From positions 1 through 32,715 of IMG/VR virus record IMGVR_UViG_3300033412_000047: a stretch of 32,715 nt of DNA; one strand, 5' to 3'. The stretch is from a virus. Lineage: Duplodnaviria > Caudoviricetes. This document shows, one piece after another, positions 25,454 to 32,715 of this stretch. Numbering within the stretch: position 1 is the stretch's first letter; every line of letters starts with the position of its first letter. The position numbers were made by a program, and so were the translations under genes. The notes beneath the pieces are model-generated. The model did no database searches. It was not told where the DNA came from and worked only from the letters and a program-made list of their open reading frames with translations.

Positions 25454-25830
25454 AGTCTATCGGCCAGCTTTCGCCATGCAAATACGCCGAAGTTTTCGGG
25501 ACAGGATATTCCGAATTTAAATCACCGCATGGCATTGACGGTCTGGTAAAAATAACCGGAACTCAAGTTGATTTGTTGTCCGTCATCGCCACGAAAGAGG
25601 GCAGCGGATATTTCAGGAGTTTTATCATCGCATTAAAATCCGAGGCGAATGTCATCAACGTCTGGGCGATTCACAATGACCGGCTGGCAGATGTTCTCAC
25701 CAGATACGGGTTTGTTCCAGTGCGAGATATTTTCTGGGTGAAGGACAGGAACGAGTGGCTTGATGGAATGCAGTGGGTTAATCCAGAACAAACAGCGGAT
25801 GACCAGTTAATCCGAGCAGGAAATTTATGA
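25450..25830 (+). CDS. GNAT-like protein
   Basis: LLSVIATKEGSGYFRSFI (motif A-like) ... NDRLADVLTRYGF (motif B-like). Confidence 0.55.
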   Translation: MKSIGQLSPCKYAEVFGTGYSEFKSPHGIDGLVKITGTQVDLLSVIATKEGSGYFRSFIIALKSEANVINVWAIHNDRLADVLTRYGFVPVRDIFWVKDRNEWLDGMQWVNPEQTADDQLIRAGNL

Positions 25831-26020
25831 GGATCAAGGCCGCAAACAGATACACGACCCATGTAAGGACGGTTTTGAAGGGCGCGGGAATGAACGGCGC
25901 AAGCGAGATGAGCCAAAGGACGATTCCCAAGATGATTGCGGCGATGACCAAAAACAGGATGGCGTGAATAAATCCACCGCTCCCACCGGAAATGATGACG
26001 GCTGACAAAAGGGATTTCAT
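25778..26020 (-). CDS. Small membrane protein (Thivi_2564-like)
   Basis: Two hydrophobic helices separated by APFIPAPFK. Confidence 0.7.
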   Translation of the reverse strand: MKSLLSAVIISGGSGGFIHAILFLVIAAIILGIVLWLISLAPFIPAPFKTVLTWVVYLFAALILINFLLGLTGHPLFVLD

Positions 26021-26115
26021 GGGGTCAAGGTAACAGCCGGTCGAGAAATTAAATATCAGGTGTTTGCCCTAGTCAGAGTGTTTTCAATTCCTGCTCGGTT
26101 TTTACTTTGTTCCGA

Positions 26116-26343
26116 CTATTTCCAGCACATACCAAACGGTGCGCCTTCACCCGTTTGCAGACTGGCATGACTGACCGAAGTGTGACGTTCAAGTTGACGC
26201 CCGTATTGATCGGTCTTGCTTTCATCATCGCTCACCAGAACGATGTTGATGCAAGTGTCGCTCCACACCGCAGTCACCAGCGCGTTATGTTCCTTGCGTT
26301 TGTCGTCAATGAACGTAACCGTATCGCCGATTTGTTTTCTCAT
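26116..26343 (-). CDS. Hypothetical phage protein
   Basis: MRKQIGDTVTFID..HNALVTAVW..CINIVLV..W; ATG at 26343 after an A-rich leader. Confidence 0.7.
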   Translation of the reverse strand: MRKQIGDTVTFIDDKRKEHNALVTAVWSDTCINIVLVSDDESKTDQYGRQLERHTSVSHASLQTGEGAPFGMCWK

Positions 26344-26349
26344 GTTTTC

Positions 26350-26686
26350 CTTTCTATTCCCGGCTTCAGGCCGGAAAGCCAAAGAACAAATTGGCCGGGC
26401 AAGGCGACCCGCGCTGGCTACCGCATAATGCCCGGTAAATTGGTCTGCCGTGTCGGTGTCCCCGATGGCGCGGCAGGATTTGGTTCGCACGTTCCCGAAC
26501 GGTTTTGCAATGGTTCATTCTCGGTGCGTCCGAGATAACGCCTCTCGCCAGTCGTCCGGTATCTTTCCAAAATTGGTTAAAGCGCAGCGGATTCGGCTTC
26601 CAACCAGACCCACCTTCTTTCGGTGTAGATCAATCCGCCGCGCGAGCAAGCAGTTGGCCGGTGCTATAACCGGAGTCCCGCAAGCG
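26350..26686 (-). ncRNA. Structured leader / array of hairpins ending in CCA
   Basis: Successive GC-rich stems on the minus strand, each followed closely by CCA, downstream of a promoter. Confidence 0.4.
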
Positions 26687-26691
26687 TAAAA

Positions 26692-26757
26692 ATTGTATCT
26701 TATCCAAAACCCGGAATCAAAATAAATTTGACAGACACTATCGGGTAGGCGATATGT
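26692..26757. promoter_or_regulatory. Back-to-back sigma70 promoters
   Basis: Minus: TTGATT (26720-26715), 17 nt, TACAAT (26697-26692). Plus: TTGACA (26728-26733), 17 nt, GATATGT. Confidence 0.65.
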
Positions 26758-26785
26758 GCGCCGTGAAAGTCATTGCATACAATTT

Positions 26786-26843
26786 GCCGTCATGCCGTCC
26801 GCAAGGACAAAGCCGCCGCAATGAGCTTTCACAGCATGACGGT
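26786..26843 (+). ncRNA. C4/CI-like antisense RNA
   Basis: Closing stem GCCGTCATGC/GCATGACGGT, GTCC-GCAA-GGAC hairpin; GCAATGA and CTTTCAC are complementary to upstream GTGAAAG-TCATTGC (26763-26776). Confidence 0.6.
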
Positions 26844-27506
26844 TTTCTCTTTCACCGCTCTAGCTGCCGCAGTTGACCAATAAAATGGCCGACTTGCCCC
26901 AGCATGAAGCTGGGATAACCAAGCGCATCGTGCGATAACGTAACACAAGGAGAATCCGCGCCGTTTCACACTTTGACCCTTCCGGCTAACCAAGAGGATT
27001 CACGAAGGATAACCAGCCAAAGGCCGACCGGCTGGGGGAATTATCGAAACCCCGCACACAAGAAGACATCCTTGAAAAATCTTCCTGAAAACCTCCAAAA
27101 AAGGGTTCTCTTTTAAGATGGGAGTCTCAACGAATAAACGTCGAGCCGAAAAGCCCCTCACACCGGCAGGGCGTGGGAGCGGTCAGGCCAGCGAAAAAAG
27201 AGATTCCTTACCATCCACAGAAACACCAGCCTTTCGCCCTTTCGCCCACAGTTCACGCAGGACAAGCCGGACGCATGGCAACGTGACAGAGTAGGGCAGA
27301 ACGCTTAAATCGAATCGTGGAGCGAAATGCGGGATAGACGACACCACAAGACAGGACACAAGAGAGGCCGAATTATAGTTACACAAGTGCGCTTATGTTC
27401 CGTTGGAAACTCACCGAACCATTGCAAATATTGAAGATTTGAAATTGTGAATAACTTTCGTCACTTTTTCAGAAAATGTTTGAAAATACGCAAATTTCGT
27501 AGTGTC

Positions 27507-27839
27507 TCACGCTGGCGGCTCTTGTGGTGTTTCGAGAGGTTGCGCTGGTTGCTGGCGATCTGCCCGGCTGCGTGATTTGACTGCGCCTTGCGTGGGAAAG
27601 GCTTTGTTCCAGAGCCTATCGAGCATTTGAGCAAGCTCGGAGTAACGCTCTTGGCTGTTGCAGTTCTCCATCCATTTCAAAACTTTATCAATCTGCAGCC
27701 GGATTCGCTCTTGGGCTTTGTCAGGAGAACAAGCGGCAATCAAAGCTTGTTTCTTGGCTCGCTTTGAAATTCCGCTTTGTATTCCGCCAAGTCTGCCCTT
27801 TTCCTTTGCGGTTTCTTCGGTAAATGGAGGTGCTAACAT
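27507..27839 (-). CDS. Putative terminase small subunit
   Basis: PFTEETAKEKGRLGGIQSG..RAKK N-terminal motif common in TerS-like proteins, helical core, disordered tail; promoter-like TTGCCT-N17-GAAAACT 6 nt before the ATG. Confidence 0.5.
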   Translation of the reverse strand: MLAPPFTEETAKEKGRLGGIQSGISKRAKKQALIAACSPDKAQERIRLQIDKVLKWMENCNSQERYSELAQMLDRLWNKAFPTQGAVKSRSRADRQQPAQPLETPQEPPA

Positions 27840-27919
27840 CAAGGAAGTTTTCGCATGGGAAAGGGATTGAGGCAAGTATTTTTCTTGACATTCATGGCTC
27901 TATCCCTTAAACGAACCAT

Positions 27920-28225
27920 GTGCAAAGAGAAGATGCCGCTAAAGAATATCAAAAAACCAGTGATAGCCGCATTGGTGAGCAATTAAGTTCTCCACAGGAA
28001 TGGTTTGCTCGTTGTCCAAAAGCATCAGTGTTATTGGAGGCTTTGGAACAATGCTCAAGTCTGCGAGTTTATATGGGTGGAAAGAGTGCTGCTTCTTTCC
28101 GGCTGATTGAAAAATTACTTGCCCATTGGAAAGAAGCTGGCCGTCCTGAAATAACTTGGCAGCAATCCGCACTCCCAATTTCAGATGAGACATATGAGGA
28201 AATTTTGATTCGTCTGCTTCCATAA
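27920..28225 (+). CDS. Hypothetical protein upstream of the transposase
   Basis: 101-aa ORF after a TTGACA box. Confidence 0.5.
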   Translation: MQREDAAKEYQKTSDSRIGEQLSSPQEWFARCPKASVLLEALEQCSSLRVYMGGKSAASFRLIEKLLAHWKEAGRPEITWQQSALPISDETYEEILIRLLP

Positions 28226-28244
28226 AACCTGACCCATAATCACC

Positions 28245-29183
28245 ATGAAAGAACAACCCGACAACGACGAAATCAACCTGACCAAGCTGGCGCAGGACTA
28301 TTCAGACAACGACAAGGCGCGTGAGTTGCTCGAATCAATACGCTGGCCGAAAGGCATCATTTGCCCTCATTGCAATTGTTCGGGTCATTACGTATTAAAG
28401 CCAAGAGCCACAAGCAAAGTTCCGGCGCGTAAAGGGCTATACAAATGTAAAACGTGCTGGCGTCAATTCACTGTCACTGTCGGGACAGTCATGGAAGATA
28501 GCAAAATCCCGCTTGGCAAATGGCTCATGGCGTTCTTTATTCTTGGTTCAAGCAAAAAGGCCATTTCATCCCATCAACTTCACAGAATGTTAGGTGTGAC
28601 GTATAAAACGGCTTGGTTCATGTCCCATCGCATCAGACACGCGATGAAACCGCACCAAAGGCTCTTACAAGGCGTCGTAGAAGTGGATGAGACGTTCTTT
28701 GGCAAGAAGTCGGACGTTCGCACGTCTAAAAGCTCTAAATCATGCGTAGCCGCTCTTGTGGAACGCGGTGGAGAAGTCAGGACAAGAGTCGTTGCCAGTG
28801 TCACCCAAAAGAATATGGGCGCGTGTATTCGTGAGCTTGTGTCAAAGGACGCTATCATCAACACCGATAACCATTCAGCGTATGCCAATCTTGCCGATTA
28901 CAAAGGCCATGACGTTGTGAGCCATTCAACCGAAGGCTTCAACAAAATCACACTCGAAGGCCGCAGGGCATCCGTCAATTACTGCGAATCGTTCTTTTCC
29001 CTGATGAAACGCGGAATAGTCGGAGCATTTCATCATGTTTCCAAAGAGCATCTGCCTAGATATTGCGATGAGTTCGCGTTCAGGTGGAACACAAGGAAAC
29101 ATACGGACGGCGAACGATTTGAAGTGGCTATCGCCGCGATTGAAGGCAAGCGGCTCAAATATAACGACGCGATAGCGCGTTAA
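28245..29183 (+). mobile_element. IS1595-family (ISXO2-like) DDE transposase
   Basis: RWP.G..CPHC..YKCKTC..QFTVTVGT Zn ribbon; HTH with YKTAWFM.HRIR; VEVDETF, TD...Y, N..ESFFSLMKRG..G.FHHVS.EHL.RY..EF.FRWN. Confidence 0.95.
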
Positions 29184-29299
29184 GATTTACGCTTCTTTTT
29201 CTTGGGCAACGGCGGGGTCGAAAGCATCACGCCAGCGATCTGATTCACTGTGAGCGGGTGAAGGCTCAATCCTTTGTTGCGTGGTTTTTTATCGCTCAC
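29180..29299 (-). CDS. 39-aa basic peptide convergent on the transposase
   Basis: MSDKKPRNKGLSLHPLTVNQIAGVMLSTPPLPKKKKRKS; shares a TTAA with the transposase stop. Confidence 0.5.
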   Translation of the reverse strand: MSDKKPRNKGLSLHPLTVNQIAGVMLSTPPLPKKKKRKS

Positions 29300-29404
29300 A
29301 AGTGAATGATTGACTTATTTTTAAGACAATTCAACTTTTCTCTTTCTTGAGATAAAATAATTTACGATTAAGACCGTCAAAGCACCTGAAAAGCCCGATA
29401 AAAT

Positions 29405-29710
29405 ATGACCACAGAAATCATACTTACAAATATCGCTTGTGGAATTATTGGGGGTCTTATCGCCAGCTTGTCCAACCACTTTTTGACAAAAGACAGGGAC
29501 GCAGAAAACCGGAATGCTCCCATAAAGATTAAATTCAGGCTCTTTATTTTGTCCCAAAAAAACAAAATCCCGACTGAAAACTTCCCGCATTTCTATCGAA
29601 CTATAAAACCCGAAATAAAATTGAGAGTTCAAGAATTGAATTTGACCCTGATTTCTTGCGACACTAGGAAAATTGACAGTGCTTGGGACTTATATACAAT
29701 GTTACCCTAA
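29405..29710 (+). CDS. Membrane-anchored cargo protein, possibly truncated
   Basis: N-terminal TM helix (IILTNIACGIIGGLIASLSNHFL); AT-rich. Confidence 0.5.
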   Translation: MTTEIILTNIACGIIGGLIASLSNHFLTKDRDAENRNAPIKIKFRLFILSQKNKIPTENFPHFYRTIKPEIKLRVQELNLTLISCDTRKIDSAWDLYTMLP

Positions 29711-29743
29711 TTGAATCTGTAAACCGGAAAGGAATTGCCGACT

Positions 29744-30283
29744 TTATATAACTGAATCGTATGCGGCGTCAGGGTTGGCTTTGTAGGCTAGTGCTTCGTA
29801 AATTAAGGATATACACTCAAAATGCTGGGAAGGCGTTGCCGCATCCAATGCGAGCATTAAGTCTGACCAATAATGCTGCGAAATTTTGATTCGATTTTTT
29901 AGTTCGATGACCTTATTCCGCTTTGAACAATTTATTGTCGCGCCTTCTAAGGCATCAATGGACAGCGCATACGCAATAATTGCATTTTGGCATTTATACA
30001 ATTTCCCGAATTTATCTTCTGGAAATTGGGTCAAAATTGGTTTTTGGGTGACAAAGTTTGCCGTAAATGCCGCAACCTTTTTGAACGGACTGGATTGATT
30101 CATTCCGCCAGCCCACGGAAATTGGGAATTAACACCCACGACGCCGGTAATCGCTATAATGTTTATATCAAGATGGGGAAGGCCGACAGCATGGCCAAAT
30201 TCATCAATATAACGGCACAAATTAAGAACGTCAGCTTGGTCGCTGCCGCTAAATAAGATGTTAAATTTCTGTGGGGTGCTCAC
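29744..30283 (-). CDS. Hypothetical protein (possible degenerate Fic/Doc-like fold)
   Basis: 179 aa; FPWAGG..SPFKKVAAF...KPI recalls Doc helices but there is no HPFxDGNxR. Confidence 0.6.
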   Translation of the reverse strand: MSTPQKFNILFSGSDQADVLNLCRYIDEFGHAVGLPHLDINIIAITGVVGVNSQFPWAGGMNQSSPFKKVAAFTANFVTQKPILTQFPEDKFGKLYKCQNAIIAYALSIDALEGATINCSKRNKVIELKNRIKISQHYWSDLMLALDAATPSQHFECISLIYEALAYKANPDAAYDSVI

Positions 30284-30507
30284 GCCTTAGCAGGAATAGC
30301 AGCCGACAAAACAGAAAGCAAGTTCTTAGCATTGTTGTGTGCTAATTGCCTTACATCATCTGCATTGACCAGCCGTAAACCGCCATTAGCGTTTGGGAAA
30401 TGAATTTTTTCTTTAGCGACTTCGACAGGACGAGTCCCGCCGATAATTGCAGGGTCAATCGCCCGCAAAATCTTAAATCGTTCCGGTGAATGTGATTTGT
30501 CGCTCAT
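30280..30507 (-). CDS. Small hypothetical protein coupled to the 179-aa gene
   Basis: 75 aa; GTGA overlap. Confidence 0.6.
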   Translation of the reverse strand: MSDKSHSPERFKILRAIDPAIIGGTRPVEVAKEKIHFPNANGGLRLVNADDVRQLAHNNAKNLLSVLSAAIPAKA

Positions 30508-30682
30508 ATTTTTATTCGTTCACAAAACCCTCCATCAGTAACCCCTTTTCCATAAATTGACCAAAAAGTCAACTCAGGTTTGTTAGGCATCGCTACTGAT
30601 TACCGGTTTCGGATGCCGCTAGATTAACAAAGTGCAGCCCGGCGTCAAATCTCAAAAGGTCACATCAACATTTTTTTACATT

Positions 30683-30951
30683 TAAATTCGTTTGATTATC
30701 AACGACTTACAAAATGGCTTTCAAGATAATCCGCATCGCGCTTATGTTTCGTTTTCGCGGCGCGTTCGCTGATGATTGCGATTGTGGATTCTTTGAGCCA
30801 ATAGCGAGCGAGTTTGCGCCCTGTCTTTGGCCGTCCGGCGTGTTCGTATTTTTTCTTAATTGCTTGCATCGGCACAATATGAATCAAAAACAATAGCAAT
30901 GCAACAAAAATCTCACAATCTGCGTAAGTCGTTTATTATCAAACGAATTTA
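30683..30951. repeat. Pair of 28-bp inverted repeats (30683-30710 and 30924-30951)
   Basis: TAAATTCGTTTGATTATCAACGACTTAC vs GTAAGTCGTTTATTATCAAACGAATTTA, 26/28 complementary; each copy is itself dyad-symmetric. Confidence 0.9.
30699..30869 (-). CDS. Small DNA-binding protein (AT-hook plus ribbon-helix-helix-like)
   Basis: AGRPKTGRKLARYWLKESTIAIISERA..DADYLE; promoter TTGCAT-N17-CATATT 6 nt upstream. Confidence 0.6.
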   Translation of the reverse strand: MQAIKKKYEHAGRPKTGRKLARYWLKESTIAIISERAAKTKHKRDADYLESHFVSR

Positions 30952-30965
30952 GATTGATAATTTCC

Positions 30966-30996
30966 TTGCAATACAATTATAGTATGGTAGTATATT
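30966..30996 (+). promoter_or_regulatory. Promoter of the putative early operon
   Basis: TTGCAA, then TGGTAGTATATT, then ATG 31003. Confidence 0.55.
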
Positions 30997-31002
30997 AGCA
31001 AC

Positions 31003-31470
31003 ATGAAAACAGAGTTTGCCATATCGAAGAATTTTCCGATTGCGCCAGAAATGGCAACGGAGATTGTGCGCTTTTGCATTGGCGAAGCTCGACCGATTGC
31101 CGCAAAGTTAAACCGGAATTTGCCACAGCGAATGATTTTCAAAATGACCATCTGCAATAGCTATATGCGATGCGGACGCGCCACGCGAAACACCGGAAAG
31201 ATTTTGAGAGGTCGAGTTTTGCTGCGCGTTGGAAATCACGCCAAAACCTATCTTGAAAAGTATTTGCGCTATCAGCATCGCGCCGATTGTCCGGCTATGA
31301 TTATTGAAGGCAAACTCGAAACGCTTGTGCATTTAGCGGCGCATGAGCTAGGCCACGCCATTTGCGGATTTAGAGGCGACATGACCGGAGAGTATCAGTG
31401 TGAGAGATTCGCGGCGCGTTGCCTTAACAAGTGGCGGGAACAAATGCAAGACCCCGCCTGCATGATATGA
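31003..31470 (+). CDS. Zinc metallopeptidase-like protein (HExxH)
   Basis: LAAHELGHA ... EYQCERFA. Confidence 0.65.
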   Translation: MKTEFAISKNFPIAPEMATEIVRFCIGEARPIAAKLNRNLPQRMIFKMTICNSYMRCGRATRNTGKILRGRVLLRVGNHAKTYLEKYLRYQHRADCPAMIIEGKLETLVHLAAHELGHAICGFRGDMTGEYQCERFAARCLNKWREQMQDPACMI

Positions 31471-31631
31471 CCGAAGCCATGAAACAATTTAACGCGGCCA
31501 TAGAGGAATTTGACAAGCGCACAGGCTTTGATTTTGACAGTGTGACAGACTTGCAAAAAATCGCTGACTATTGCAAGGCTCGCGGCTGGCATGATTTGAG
31601 CAAGACAATTTTAGAATCCATCACCAAATAA
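31467..31631 (+). CDS. Hypothetical protein
   Basis: ATGA overlap; MTEAMKQFNAAIEEF... Confidence 0.55.
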   Translation: MTEAMKQFNAAIEEFDKRTGFDFDSVTDLQKIADYCKARGWHDLSKTILESITK

Positions 31632-31671
31632 CCCCTCGGAGCAATCCGAATAAACAAAAAAGAAAAACAAA

Positions 31672-32030
31672 ATGAAAACTGCTAAACCAATGACAGAAAA
31701 AGACGAGGCAGCTTATGCGCTTCGCAAGCTGCTCAAACGCGGCGCAACTGTTTATTCAATCCTTCGCCATTGCTCAAACAGTGGCATGACTCGCCGGATT
31801 GATTTTTACACCATTAAGGCAAATAAGATGGTTTTCCTTACTGGCTGCATCTGCAAGCTGCTCGGCTATCGTCACGCCTACAAAAAGAGCGGTGGCGGAT
31901 TGGAAATCGGCGGCTGTGGAATGGATATGGGATTCAGTGTCGTTTATGACACGAGCCGGATATTTTCAAAGGCAACAACGAACGCGCCGACAAGGATAGC
32001 GGCTACGTTCTTAACCATGAATGGATTTAA
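31672..32030 (+). pseudogene. Conserved phage protein (GCGMDMGF family) with an apparent 1-nt frameshift
   Basis: VYSILRHCSNSGMTRRI..GCGMDMGF..VY; the family-like ending FKGNNERADKDSGYVLNHEWI* is in the -1 frame after the T4 run at 31963-31966. Confidence 0.6.
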
Positions 32031-32129
32031 CTTTGCCAAGTTCTAGCAGTCTTGGCGGCGCGGAAGTGACTAACGCGCTTTCAGATTGCGGGACGAGTAA
32101 CCGCAAACATTAACCAAACAAAAACTACT

Positions 32130-32715
32130 ATGTGCCAATTCAAATCTGGAATCGTATTGAAATCTGCTAAAGAAAAAGGCGGCTTTCGCTTAATCATGTC
32201 GCCGTGGACAGAATCACACAGCGAACTAATCACCATGTTCAAACTCAATGACGGCAAGATGCTCCATTTTGCTCGCGTTGAATTTTCACCGCCGAATTTA
32301 GACACGGCATGGCAACCGGACACCTACAAGTTGAAAATTGACGAGGACAGGACGCCGGAATGGTTCGACGCTGAAATGAAAGAGAATGTTGCCGACAAGA
32401 TGCGGGATTATATCAAATCCATCATCGTTTCCGGCGATGTTCAGCTTTTGATTGGAGGACAATTTGTAATCGCTCCCAATGCTAAAATTGAATGCGCTCA
32501 CACAATGGTCATAAATGCTATGTGTGGCGGCACGGTCAATTACATCAGGGGCGGCACGGTCAATGACATCAGGGGCGGCACGGTCAATTACATCAGGGGC
32601 GGCACGGTCAATGACATCAGGGGCGGCACGGTCAATGACATCAGGGGCGGCACGGTCAATTACATCAGGGGCGGCACGGTCAATGACATCAGGGGCGGCA
32701 CGGTCAATTACATCA
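32130..32715 (+). CDS. Phage protein with octapeptide (beta-helix-like) repeats; runs off the right window edge
   Basis: MCQFKSGIVLK..SHSEL..ARVEFSPP..DEDRTPEWF then (GGTVN[Y/D]IR)n; not in the ORF track. Confidence 0.8.
   Translation, partial: MCQFKSGIVLKSAKEKGGFRLIMSPWTESHSELITMFKLNDGKMLHFARVEFSPPNLDTAWQPDTYKLKIDEDRTPEWFDAEMKENVADKMRDYIKSIIVSGDVQLLIGGQFVIAPNAKIECAHTMVINAMCGGTVNYIRGGTVNDIRGGTVNYIRGGTVNDIRGGTVNDIRGGTVNYIRGGTVNDIRGGTVNYI
32526..32715 (+). repeat. 24-bp coding tandem repeat, 7 full copies plus 1 partial
   Basis: GGCGGCACGGTCAAT(T/G)ACATCAGG; unit order Y,D,Y,D,D,Y,D,Y. Confidence 0.97.

Noticed and set aside
27850-30600. Terminal inverted repeats for the IS1595 element
   Set aside because: Only short matches (AAACCTGA near 28226 and TCAGGTTT near 30575) and local palindromes were found; too weak to set boundaries.
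32526-32715. CRISPR array
   Set aside because: Units abut with no spacers and are in frame within a protein.
1-32715. Diversity-generating retroelement, retron, integrase or major capsid gene
   Set aside because: No reverse-transcriptase or tyrosine/serine recombinase motifs, no TR/VR pair and no capsid-like ORF were recognised; these may lie outside the window.

Overview
A 32.7-kb fragment of a tailed dsDNA (podovirus-like) phage or prophage genome. The host is probably in Verrucomicrobiota, inferred from a host-like DnaB N-terminus. Layout: (1) leftward virion genes (internal proteins, tail adaptor/nozzle-like proteins, a DUF5977-repeat protein, a fibre-like protein) at 1-7614; (2) rightward TerL and portal; (3) ERF + RecE-like recombination genes; (4) replication initiator and DnaB; (5) a nin-like accessory region; (6) a Mom-family DNA modifier; (7) a ~1.1-kb structured non-coding region between divergent promoters; (8) a distant TerS; (9) an IS1595-family transposase with cargo; (10) the start of an early operon that ends in a 24-bp tandem repeat. 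No major capsid, integrase or primase gene was recognised. Two features stand out. First, an integrase-less array of five integron-type gene cassettes (22008-23816): the attC sites lie antisense to the genes, each gene starts inside an attC loop, and removing the whole array restores an intact phage gene. Second, a tRNA-Gly(UCC)-like RNA embedded in the 3' end of the mom-like gene. All family assignments come from motif recognition by eye; no searches were run.
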